Shown piece after piece: positions 1-8,848 of a DNA stretch of 32,000 nucleotides. The notes below the pieces were generated by a model. The model was not told where the DNA came from. It saw only the letters and a program-made list of their open reading frames with translations, and made no database searches. Source of the stretch: Candidatus Saccharimonadota bacterium (lineage in GTDB: Bacteria; Pseudomonadota; Alphaproteobacteria; Rickettsiales; Anaplasmataceae); the NCBI RefSeq assembly GCF_025021925.1, contig NZ_CP092368.1, positions 60,001-92,000 on the forward strand, in the 5' to 3' direction. Every line of letters starts with the position of its first letter. The first letter of the stretch is position 1. The position numbers were made by a program, and so were the translations under genes.

Positions 1-254
1 GCAATTATGATTAAATTAATATCACTAACTGTAATTTTCGCTTTATCAATAGCATTTCTTGCAGCATGTACTGCTAAATCTGAAGTATATTCTTCAGTAT
101 TTGCAATATGTCTTTGAGTAATTCCTGTTCTCTGTCTTATCCATTGATCATTTGTATCTACTTGTAACGCAAGTGTATTATTCGAAAGTATCCTTTTTGG
201 TAAATAAGAACCAGTACTGAAGATATAATTTTTAATCAATGTGACTGACCTCAT
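1..254 (-). CDS. fabH: 3-oxoacyl-[ACP] synthase III (FabH), N-terminal ~84 codons only; the gene runs off the left window edge
   Basis: It is not in the ORF track because it is truncated. My minus-strand translation from ATG 254..252 gives MRSVTLIKNYIFSTGSYLPKRILSNNTLALQVDTNDQWIRQRTGITQRHIANTEEYTSDLAVHAARNAIDKAKITVSDINLIIIA. This matches the FabH N-terminus pattern (GTGSYLP...DTSDEWI..RTGI..R.IA). The rpmF-plsX-fabH order is classic. The start overlaps the plsX 3' end; TTG at 239 is an alternative start. Confidence 0.8.
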   Translation of the reverse strand, partial: MRSVTLIKNYIFSTGSYLPKRILSNNTLALQVDTNDQWIRQRTGITQRHIANTEEYTSDLAVHAARNAIDKAKITVSDINLIII

Positions 255-1260
255 GGATGATTTTGTGATTTAATTTTTCGAGAATTGTTTGTACTGCAAA
301 TTGTATGGCATGACCAAAAGAAATAGCATCAGCATTACCATGACTTTTTATTACAATACCATTCAATCCTAAAAACATAGCACCACCTCTTATTTTAGGG
401 TCAAAAGTGATAAATGCTCTTTTTAGTTTCTTTTTTAGCAATGAACCTAAAATCCAAGAATTATATAATTCATATTTTATTACATCTAAAAAAGTATTAG
501 CAGTAGCTTCAGCGGTTTTAAGCATGACATTACCGACAAATCCATCTGCTACTATTACATCAACATTGCCTTCTAAAAATTCACTTGCCTCTATATAACC
601 TTTAAAATTAATTGTATGAGATGTATTTTTTAGTAAGCTAAAAGCTCTACGCACTGAATCATTTCCTTTTATTTCTTCTGTACCAATATTTAATAAGGCA
701 ATCTCTGGATGAGAAATTTTTAGTGCAATTTTTGCGAGAATACTTCCCATTAATGCAAATTGAAATAATGTTTCGCCATTACAATCAACATTAGCACCTA
801 GATCCAGTAAAATACAGTTTTTTGTTTTAGTAGGTAAGATTGAAGCAATGGCAGGACGATAGATATTAGGTAATGTACCTAAAATAATTCTAGAAATAGC
901 CATTAATGCACCAGTATTACCTGAAGAGATTACTCCAGAAGCTTCACCTATTTTTACTGCTAAAATTGCGGATTTCATACTTGAATCTTTCCTATATCTT
1001 AAAGCAAAAGATGGTCTATCATTTGCAAGAATATTATCAGTACAATGAGTAAATTGAGAATTATTACTTACTTTTTTATACTTTATAATCAATGGATATA
1101 CTTGTTGATAATCTCCATAAATTTGAAAAAAGACTGTAGTATGTACATCATTCAGATGAGCTAAAAAAAAATTAATACCTTGAATGATAGAAAGAGGTGC
1201 ATAATCTCCTCCCATAGCATCAAGTGCAATTACTATATTATTTTTCATATTAGAATACAT
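232..1260 (-). CDS. plsX: Phosphate acyltransferase PlsX
   Basis: The ~342-aa ORF carries the N-terminal IALDAMGGDYAP motif and later GNTGALMA, typical of PlsX, and lies directly downstream of rpmF. The first track codon (1263) is TTG. ATG at 1260 or ATG at 1248 (MKNNIVIALDAMGGD) are more likely starts. Confidence 0.93.
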   Translation of the reverse strand: MYSNMKNNIVIALDAMGGDYAPLSIIQGINFFLAHLNDVHTTVFFQIYGDYQQVYPLIIKYKKVSNNSQFTHCTDNILANDRPSFALRYRKDSSMKSAILAVKIGEASGVISSGNTGALMAISRIILGTLPNIYRPAIASILPTKTKNCILLDLGANVDCNGETLFQFALMGSILAKIALKISHPEIALLNIGTEEIKGNDSVRRAFSLLKNTSHTINFKGYIEASEFLEGNVDVIVADGFVGNVMLKTAEATANTFLDVIKYELYNSWILGSLLKKKLKRAFITFDPKIRGGAMFLGLNGIVIKSHGNADAISFGHAIQFAVQTILEKLNHKIIHEVSHID

Positions 1261-1289
1261 CAAATGAGATAGTATAATATATCAGATAT

Positions 1290-1472
1290 TTATTCTGATT
1301 GATGTATTATAAAAATCTGTTTTCCCTTATAGCTACCATCACTTGCTATATTATGAGATAACATAAATTCTCCAGTTTTTGAGCATACTACAACATTTTG
1401 TGATTGAATTGCATTGTGAGAACGATGCATGTTACGTCTTGATTTTGATTTTTTTCTTTTTGGTACTGCCAT
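1290..1472 (-). CDS. rpmF: 50S ribosomal protein L32
   Basis: 60 aa, beginning MAVPKRKKSKSRRNMHRSH, the canonical L32 N-terminus. It sits upstream of plsX. Confidence 0.93.
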   Translation of the reverse strand: MAVPKRKKSKSRRNMHRSHNAIQSQNVVVCSKTGEFMLSHNIASDGSYKGKQIFIIHQSE

Positions 1473-1676
1473 AGTATACCTGATCTATCTATTAAATAAT
1501 ACTGATTATTAGTAACATGTTTTATATAGGAAGTAAATAATATAGATTATAGAGTGTTTACGAGATCTATCATTAATTCTTATATTTGTATATAGCACGC
1601 ATCCAGTACTATGCATTTTTGATTATTTTATAATTGATAATATTTAATATATAACAATATATTATTTCTTGATGTA

Positions 1677-2066
1677 TTATTTTTTGGGAATATAGTGTTC
1701 ATCATGTTTTGCAAAGACAAATTCTGCAAGAAAAATATTATTGTTATCTGTCATTTTACCTTGTACGACTACGCCACTACCTTCTGAAAACATTGGCGGT
1801 AATATACCTTGATATATTACCGTCATAATCTGATTGAGATCAGTTATTTGAAATAGTAACTCATTTTCTGTATATAATATACTATCATTCATCACTATCC
1901 CTCCAATACGGATTGGATTTTTATAATTTGTTAATACTACAGCCTCACTCACTGTATAGTAAAATGATATATTATCTTTTAATATCATTAAAACATATAA
2001 GATGAGGCAGTTTAAAAACAAGAAGAATCCTAATATTGTCAATAATCTTTTATGTTTTTTCTTCAT
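1677..2066 (-). CDS. ccmE: Cytochrome c-type biogenesis haem chaperone CcmE
   Basis: 129 aa with an N-terminal membrane anchor and a C-terminal AKHDEHYIPKK, matching the CcmE haem-binding HDENY.P motif. Confidence 0.9.
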   Translation of the reverse strand: MKKKHKRLLTILGFFLFLNCLILYVLMILKDNISFYYTVSEAVVLTNYKNPIRIGGIVMNDSILYTENELLFQITDLNQIMTVIYQGILPPMFSEGSGVVVQGKMTDNNNIFLAEFVFAKHDEHYIPKK

Positions 2067-2183
2067 TATTTTGTTTTATGGTTTTTAACATTTTTTTACT
2101 TTTTATATAGCAAGAAAAAGTAAATATTAATTCTCCCATCATTAATATACAACTCATGAGATAGGCGATCAGTACATATTGAT

Positions 2184-2927
2184 TCATAATAAATTATTAA
2201 AAAAAAGCTCACCTGCATTAAAATACATTAAACTGCTGTCTTTTATCTTTAATATTAATTGACCTTTGTCATCTATATCAATAAATGTACCTTCATATAC
2301 TTTATGAGATAATTGTATACTAATTTTCTGTTCTATATTCAATGCTTTCATAAGCCACATATTTCGTATTATATTAAAGCCATGATCAAGCCATTTTTTT
2401 CTTATCTTGATAAAATTTATAATTAGCTTATTTAATAATATTAAATTGGATATTTTCAGATCTTCTTTATTCATGTATTCATATAAAGAAGTACTTACAC
2501 AAGAAATAGGAGAATCATGTATATTAATACCAATACCTATCACTATCCAATTAGAATAAGATTTTTTTTCAATCAATATTCCACTAATTTTCTTACTATC
2601 CATCAAAATATCATTCGGCCATTTATATTGGATATTAAAATTATGTCCAAATGATTTTAATGTCTCTCCAACTGCTAAAGCAGTAACAAACGTTAATTCT
2701 GTGAGTTTCTCAATATTAGTCATCTGCTTGATGATTAAGCTTCCATAGAAATTTTTTTCTAGAGAAATCCATTTTTTACCAATTCTACCTTTTCCCTTTA
2801 CTTGTTTATTTGCTATAATGATCGATTCAGATGATAATCCATTCTCAATCATCTGAAATGCCGATTCATTCGTACTTAATACTTCTTTATAATGATAAAT
2901 ATGAAAATCTTCTGAAATATTTTGCAT
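2184..2927 (-). CDS. birA: Biotin--[acetyl-CoA-carboxylase] ligase (group I, no N-terminal HTH repressor domain)
   Basis: 247 aa with KGKGRIGKKW, the GRGRxGRxW biotin/ATP loop variant, and KWPNDIL. Its length is too short for the DNA-binding domain. nuoN-birA adjacency is common in alphaproteobacteria. Confidence 0.88.
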   Translation of the reverse strand: MQNISEDFHIYHYKEVLSTNESAFQMIENGLSSESIIIANKQVKGKGRIGKKWISLEKNFYGSLIIKQMTNIEKLTELTFVTALAVGETLKSFGHNFNIQYKWPNDILMDSKKISGILIEKKSYSNWIVIGIGINIHDSPISCVSTSLYEYMNKEDLKISNLILLNKLIINFIKIRKKWLDHGFNIIRNMWLMKALNIEQKISIQLSHKVYEGTFIDIDDKGQLILKIKDSSLMYFNAGELFFNNLL

Positions 2928-2930
2928 AAA

Positions 2931-4331
2931 TCATTTTATTAAACCTATAGTAAGAGAGTTAATGAACCAAGATATCTTATCTAAGAATATAAAGCATAGA
3001 ATATTCAGTAATGAAATCAATGAAATAACATAAATAAGAGTTTGAGAATAATTAATTTGCTCATCTACTGCATGATCAAAATAGATCATTTTTATGATAT
3101 TTAAATAATAGTAACATGATATTATACTTGAGATTGCAAGAATCACAGATGTTATAAAATATCCGGATTGTATTAAGCTGTTGAATACAAACAATTTGGC
3201 AAAAAATCCTGCTAGTGGTGGAAGACCGGACATTGAGAGAAATAATATACTCATATGGAATGCTAATACAGGAGATTTAATTCTCATACTAGAAAGATGA
3301 GTAATATTGCAATCATCATCATCAATTTGAATAAAAAATGCAAATAAACCTACAGTTGTGATAACATATATCAGTAAATATATTAAAGCACTACTTATGC
3401 CTTCTTGTGTAAAGACACTCAATGAAGCAAGAATAAAGCCAACATGGCCTATTGAGCTATAAGCTAATAACCTTTTCATATTGCGTTGATGTAATGCTCC
3501 AAATGAAGAAAGTAATACAGATAGTAATGCGCAGCACAAAAAAATAGGCTGAAAATTCTGTCCTATACTAATTAATTCCTCATTGAGAAAACGAATTAAA
3601 AATGTCACAAGAGTAACCTTGGGAGATGTAGAAAAAAATGCAGTGATAATTGTCGGTGCACCCTGATAAACATCAGGAACCCATATATGAAAAGGCGCAA
3701 TAGCTAATTTAAAGCACAAGGCAATAATAATAAATAATAATCCAAATAATAACCCATAACTAATTTGATTATTAGTATAAAATATGCTAATTTCAGAAAA
3801 ATTTACTTTTCCTGTATATCCATATATTAAGGAAATGCCATATAACATAATACAGGACGAAAGTATACTGAGAATAAAGTATTTTATCCCTGCTTCACAT
3901 GAATATTGCGAATCTTTATTATATGCTGTGAGAATATATAAAGAGAGATTCATTAATTCAAAAGATAAGTAAAAAGAAATAAAACTATTGGATGCAATGA
4001 CATTCAACATACCAAAGATACTCAAGAGTATTAATATTGAGACTTCATATTTATAATGAGTCTTTGATAAATACAATAATAAGAGTATTAAAATACCAGT
4101 AGTCAGAACTAGTAATTGAGCATATCTAATATAGCAGTTAAGTTTTAATAATGAATTTAAGATAAAGATTTCATGTGTATCTATCGTAAGTATTAACAGT
4201 ATAAAAGTAATAATTGTGATAGATAGTGCTAATAAATTGATAGTTCTACTGTGTAATACGATACCCAGTAAGAGTAAACACATAGTAGAAGAAATAAAGA
4301 ATAATTCTGGTAATATTTGTATATCAATCAT
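2931..4331 (-). CDS. nuoN: NADH-quinone oxidoreductase subunit N
   Basis: 466-aa polytopic membrane protein in last position of a nuoJKLMN block. It shows antiporter-like subunit features (FHIWVPDVYQGAPT). ATGA start/stop overlap with nuoM at 4328..4331. Confidence 0.92.
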   Translation of the reverse strand: MIDIQILPELFFISSTMCLLLLGIVLHSRTINLLALSITIITFILLILTIDTHEIFILNSLLKLNCYIRYAQLLVLTTGILILLLLYLSKTHYKYEVSILILLSIFGMLNVIASNSFISFYLSFELMNLSLYILTAYNKDSQYSCEAGIKYFILSILSSCIMLYGISLIYGYTGKVNFSEISIFYTNNQISYGLLFGLLFIIIALCFKLAIAPFHIWVPDVYQGAPTIITAFFSTSPKVTLVTFLIRFLNEELISIGQNFQPIFLCCALLSVLLSSFGALHQRNMKRLLAYSSIGHVGFILASLSVFTQEGISSALIYLLIYVITTVGLFAFFIQIDDDDCNITHLSSMRIKSPVLAFHMSILFLSMSGLPPLAGFFAKLFVFNSLIQSGYFITSVILAISSIISCYYYLNIIKMIYFDHAVDEQINYSQTLIYVISLISLLNILCFIFLDKISWFINSLTIGLIK

Positions 4332-5785
4332 AATTCATGATATTTCATTAGTAAATTTAATGTAAATGGCTTTAAATAATGAAATACTAAAGTAGGATAA
4401 ATTCCTAGGATAATAATACAAGTTACAAGCATAATTAAAATGCAATACTCTATCCCACTTAGTGGTATATTAACAGATTGAGTAGTATTGATTCCCCAGA
4501 TTATTTGTTTGCATAAATTGAGCATATATAAAGCACTCAAAATAGTACCCAATGTAATAAATCCTGCATATATAAATTTTGTTCTTGCAAAAATACCTAA
4601 CATGGATAAAAATTCCCCTATAAAACCACATGTTCCAGGTAATCCTATTGCTGCCATAGTCAATATCATAAAAATGATACTAAATTTAGGTAGTAAATGT
4701 GCAAGACCAGAATATTGTGCAATTTTTAAAGACTGAAATCTAGAATATAAGATTCCAATACATAAGAATAGAGCAGTTGATATCAATCCATGACTAATCA
4801 TCTGAAATATGGCTCCTAGTATTCCCTCTTCACAAAAAGAAAAAAGACCGGCTGTCACAAAACCCATATGTGATATTGAAGAATATGATATAAGTTTTTT
4901 CATATCACTTTGTGCAAATGCTATGAGAGAAGAATATATTATGCCAATAATACTGAGACATATGACATATTGTGAAAAATATATACTTGCTTGAGGGAGC
5001 ATAGGGATAGAAAGTCTTAAAAATCCATATCCTCCCATTTTAATCAGTAATCCAGCTAAAATGATAGATCCAGAAGTAGGGGATTGAACATGTACATCAG
5101 GTAGCCAAGTGTGAAATGGAATCATCGGTACTTTTATTGCAAAAGCGATAAAGAAGAGAATCCATAATAATAATTGAGATCTAAAATCAATCTGCGGTAC
5201 TAGTATTGATAATTTTTGTATATCAGAAGTATGAAATATACTATACATATATATTAAGCCAATTAATAATAATAAAGAGCCAGTTAATGTATAGAGAAAT
5301 AATTTAAATGTTGCATATATTCTATCTCTTCCTCCCCAAATCCCAATAATGAAGAACATGGGTATTAAAACTGCTTCAAAAAATATATAAAAACTTGTAA
5401 TATGTAAAGAAATAAAAAAACCTATTATAAAACTCTCAAGTAATAAAAATAATGCTATATATAGTTTCAGAGATAAAATAGATAAGTTATAGATTTGTAT
5501 ATTATAAAATATACAAATAACAAATAAGAAAGTAGTTAATATTAAAAAGAGTAGCGAAAGACCATCTACACCAACGCCAAAATGTTTTATTGGATAGCTG
5601 ATCAATTGAAATTCTATGCTTTGATAATCGAATTTTATCAGCACTATCAGACTTAGAAAAAAAGTCAGTAAGACACAAAATAGAGAAATATATCTGATAA
5701 TATATTGAGAGTGAACGTTTACTTTGATCATCGCTAAAACCAAAGCACCTAATAGGGGTATCAAGAAAATACTTAATAATAACAC
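4328..5785 (-). CDS. nuoM: NADH-quinone oxidoreductase subunit M
   Basis: 485-aa membrane protein with FHTWLPDVHVQSPTSGS (Mrp-antiporter-like NuoM motif). The start codon is GTG at 5785, 1 nt after the nuoL stop. Confidence 0.92.
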   Translation of the reverse strand: MLLLSIFLIPLLGALVLAMIKVNVHSQYIIRYISLFCVLLTFFLSLIVLIKFDYQSIEFQLISYPIKHFGVGVDGLSLLFLILTTFLFVICIFYNIQIYNLSILSLKLYIALFLLLESFIIGFFISLHITSFYIFFEAVLIPMFFIIGIWGGRDRIYATFKLFLYTLTGSLLLLIGLIYMYSIFHTSDIQKLSILVPQIDFRSQLLLWILFFIAFAIKVPMIPFHTWLPDVHVQSPTSGSIILAGLLIKMGGYGFLRLSIPMLPQASIYFSQYVICLSIIGIIYSSLIAFAQSDMKKLISYSSISHMGFVTAGLFSFCEEGILGAIFQMISHGLISTALFLCIGILYSRFQSLKIAQYSGLAHLLPKFSIIFMILTMAAIGLPGTCGFIGEFLSMLGIFARTKFIYAGFITLGTILSALYMLNLCKQIIWGINTTQSVNIPLSGIEYCILIMLVTCIIILGIYPTLVFHYLKPFTLNLLMKYHEL

Positions 5786-5786
5786 T

Positions 5787-7643
5787 TTATTTCATTCTAA
5801 TAACATATAAAGAAAAGAAGATCAGAGAGCAAAACATGATAAAGGCATAATCAAATATATAACCAGTGTGTAACTTGAGTGTCATGTTTGAGCATTTATT
5901 AATCAATTTGATCAGAGCTTTTGGTCCAAATGTATCAAGAATTGCAATATCAAAACTATATAGATATTGAGAGATGACTCTAATAGGTTTGACTATAAAA
6001 AATGAATAGAATTGATCAAAATACCATTTATTTTGGCATATACTACTTAATAATTGATTTTTTATTTGAGATATGATGTGATAATAATATATCAACCATG
6101 CTAGTGTAATTCCTATCATACTAACTATCATTGGCAGTAATTTTATAAAAAAATTATGTGTGTCATTATGGTTGATAAATTCTAAACTTGATTGCCAAAA
6201 TATATTACTAGTGATATCTAATATATAAATTCCCCATATTCCAGAAAACATCGCTCCAAATGCAAGAATTAATAGCGGTATACACATAATTTTAGGAGGT
6301 CTGATGATCTTCAAGTTATTTGTTTTATGACTATGGAATACAATAATTAATAATCTCCAGGCATAAAGTGAAGTCCAGCATGTGACAATGAGACTGACTA
6401 CAAAAGCAAATTTATGTGTATGATAAGCAATATCTATTATAAGATCTTTAGAATAAAAACCTGCAAATGGAAATATTCCTGATAGCGCAAGAGTTCCAAT
6501 ACACATCATAGCATAGGTAAAAGGCATTTTATTCCAACAGCAATTTTCCATTTTATGAATGTTCTGTTCATTATTCATAGTATAGATTATATTGCCTGCA
6601 CCAAGAAATAGCAAAGCTTTAAAACAAGCATGTGTCATTAAATGAAAAATAGCAATATTATAAGCGGATAATCCACATGCCATGGACATATATCCAAGTT
6701 GACTACATGTGGAATATGCAATGATTTTTTTTATATTATTCTCTGTCATTGCAACTGTTGCACCAAAAATAGCAGTACATGCTCCAATGATCACTATAAT
6801 TTCTCTCGTAATTTCTGATAGTGCAAATAAAGGAGAACATTTGGCTATTAAAAATATACCAGAAGTGACCATAGTAGCTGAGTGAATCAGTGCAGATACT
6901 GGAGTGGGACCTTCCATTGCATCTGGAAGCCAGATATGTAATCCTAGTTGCACAGATTTAGCCATAGCACCAATAAACAGTAATATACATATGACATGTA
7001 TAGTATTACCATAAACATCAAGATTTTGAGTAGCTATATAATCAATTTGATCAAAGATATCAATAAATTTTAAAGTATGAAATATATGGTAAATAATAAA
7101 TATTCCAATAAGTAGTGCACAATCTCCTATCCTATTCACTAAAAATGCTTTAAAAGCTGCTCTATTTGCAGAGGGTTTATGAAACCAAAATCCTATTAGT
7201 AAATAGGAACATACTCCTACTCCTTCCCAACCAAAGAATAACTGAAGAAAATTATCACTCATGACCATGATCATCATGAAAAAAGTAAACAATGATAAGT
7301 AAGAAAAAAAAATTCTTTTTGTCTTATCATGCTCCATATATCCAATAGAATATAGATGTACTACAAAAGAAATAGTTGTAATAATAATTAGCATAATAGA
7401 TGAGAGTATATCTATATTGAATACCCAATCTACTTTTAATTTCTCAAGATATATTAAAGGAAATAAAATTAAGTGAATATTATGAGAGAAGGTAAGAAAA
7501 ATATACCAAGAGAACAGCATAGAAATTCCTATACATCCTGTTGAAATGATTTGACCACTGAATATAGTATTTTTTCTCATATATACTGCATAGCATGATC
7601 CTAATAGTGGGAAAAATACTAGTAATGTTAGAATAATATACAT
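5787..7643 (-). CDS. nuoL: NADH-quinone oxidoreductase subunit L
   Basis: 618-aa membrane protein with LHIWLPDAMEGPTPVSALIHSATMV and a long C-terminal extension typical of NuoL. It lies between nuoK and nuoM. Confidence 0.93.
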   Translation of the reverse strand: MYIILTLLVFFPLLGSCYAVYMRKNTIFSGQIISTGCIGISMLFSWYIFLTFSHNIHLILFPLIYLEKLKVDWVFNIDILSSIMLIIITTISFVVHLYSIGYMEHDKTKRIFFSYLSLFTFFMMIMVMSDNFLQLFFGWEGVGVCSYLLIGFWFHKPSANRAAFKAFLVNRIGDCALLIGIFIIYHIFHTLKFIDIFDQIDYIATQNLDVYGNTIHVICILLFIGAMAKSVQLGLHIWLPDAMEGPTPVSALIHSATMVTSGIFLIAKCSPLFALSEITREIIVIIGACTAIFGATVAMTENNIKKIIAYSTCSQLGYMSMACGLSAYNIAIFHLMTHACFKALLFLGAGNIIYTMNNEQNIHKMENCCWNKMPFTYAMMCIGTLALSGIFPFAGFYSKDLIIDIAYHTHKFAFVVSLIVTCWTSLYAWRLLIIVFHSHKTNNLKIIRPPKIMCIPLLILAFGAMFSGIWGIYILDITSNIFWQSSLEFINHNDTHNFFIKLLPMIVSMIGITLAWLIYYYHIISQIKNQLLSSICQNKWYFDQFYSFFIVKPIRVISQYLYSFDIAILDTFGPKALIKLINKCSNMTLKLHTGYIFDYAFIMFCSLIFFSLYVIRMK

Positions 7644-7654
7644 CTATACCTTAA

Positions 7655-7966
7655 CTATTCTTTCATTGAATTTATCTGTTGTATATCTACATTACCACGT
7701 TTTCTGTAATATAGTACTAGAATAGCCAGTCCTACTGCTGATTCTGCTGCTACAACTGTTAAAATAAACATAACAAAGATTTGTCCGATAATATCGTTCA
7801 TAAAGGCAGAAAATGCAACTAAATTTAGATTAATCGCCAAAAATAGTATTTCTACTGAAAATAGTATATGCATGATAGTCTTACGATTAATAAATATACC
7901 ATATATACCAATAGTAAATAAAAGGGCAGCAACAATCAAAAAATTATTTAGCTCTATTGTTTCCAT
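7655..7966 (-). CDS. nuoK: NADH-quinone oxidoreductase subunit K
   Basis: 103 aa with three TM helices and the ...VVAAESAVGLAILV... motif of NuoK/ND4L. It overlaps the nuoJ 3' end by 13 nt. Confidence 0.92.
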   Translation of the reverse strand: METIELNNFLIVAALLFTIGIYGIFINRKTIMHILFSVEILFLAINLNLVAFSAFMNDIIGQIFVMFILTVVAAESAVGLAILVLYYRKRGNVDIQQINSMKE

Positions 7967-8544
7967 TCTATTCCTTGTCGAAATTTAGTGTTGACCAACT
8001 GTACATATGAAGTATGCTGTATTTGCTTGACTCGATTTTGTTGTTTATGATGCTGTTTTTTACTTTGCAAAGTAAGAGTAATAGCACCAACAATTGCAGT
8101 TACAAGTAAAATACCAGATAGATGGAATGCATACATATATTCAGTATACAGTAAGTTGCCAATAGCATGTACATTATCAATGCTATACTGAATATTATTA
8201 TTTGTATTGTTATTTGAGGTTTTAATTAAAAAATTGATTATCAGAAAAAAAATGATACAGAGCATAATGCTAGCAATTAAATACTTTGTGCGTCTGTGAT
8301 ACAATGCAATATGTTCATTATCAATCATCATAACGACAAAAAGAAATAAAATCGCAACTGCACCAATATATACTATAAGTATCATCATAGCAATGAACTC
8401 AGCTCCTAGGAGGATGAATAATCCTGAAGTGTATATAAAGGTAAGAATTAAAAATAATAATGCATGTACAGTATCTTGTAAAAGAATAACACAAACAGCT
8501 GATACAATACTTGAAAGTGAAAAAAAATAAAAGAAAAAATGCAT
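7954..8544 (-). CDS. nuoJ: NADH-quinone oxidoreductase subunit J
   Basis: 196-aa membrane protein, first gene of the nuoJKLMN block. It has the AEFIAMMILIVYIGAVAILFLFVVMM pattern typical of NuoJ/ND6. Confidence 0.88.
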   Translation of the reverse strand: MHFFFYFFSLSSIVSAVCVILLQDTVHALLFLILTFIYTSGLFILLGAEFIAMMILIVYIGAVAILFLFVVMMIDNEHIALYHRRTKYLIASIMLCIIFFLIINFLIKTSNNNTNNNIQYSIDNVHAIGNLLYTEYMYAFHLSGILLVTAIVGAITLTLQSKKQHHKQQNRVKQIQHTSYVQLVNTKFRQGIEWKQ

Positions 8545-8700
8545 TACTACCCTTGTAACTCATAATAGATATTAATGTAAAATAAATATGTTAATTAATC
8601 AATCTTTACAATATATCTGTTTGCAAGTACAGACAATATCTATCTCTTGACATAATCTAAAGTAGAGATGTTATATACTTTTTATTAATAATCTATCTAT

Positions 8701-8739
8701 ATAAGATTCATTATAAGATTCATTATAAGATTCATTATA
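8701..8739. repeat. Perfect 12-bp tandem repeat ATAAGATTCATT x3 plus a partial fourth copy
   Basis: Read directly: units at 8701-8712, 8713-8724 and 8725-8736 are identical, followed by ATA. It lies in the 304-bp divergent intergenic region between nuoJ (-) and uvrD (+). Confidence 0.95.
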
Positions 8740-8848
8740 TAATACACAAATTATTTATATGCATTACTCAATGTAATGTGAATAAATACTATACATTATA
8801 TAAATAATCAGGTTAATTGATCTTAGTAGGATTTGCAATTATAATTAG

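Noticed and set aside
2095-2124. A 10-bp inverted repeat TTTACTTTTT / AAAAAGTAAA between birA and ccmE. Similar AT-only hairpins follow thyX (19144-19169), uvrD (10789-10819) and rsmD (21906-21937), and one with a 6-bp AAGCGT/ACGCTT stem follows tsaD (about 16660-16690).
   Set aside because: The stems are almost entirely A-T or are short with long loops. They are not followed by a U-tract on the relevant strand. Such structures are expected by chance at this base composition, so they are not called as terminators.
8647-8677. Perfect TTGACA hexamers considered as promoters: 8647-8652 upstream of uvrD, and TTGACT at 25566-25571 upstream of prs.
   Set aside because: The best -10 partners need 18-19-nt or longer spacers or match only 4/6 positions. 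TATA-like hexamers are ubiquitous in this DNA. They are mentioned for context only and not called as features.
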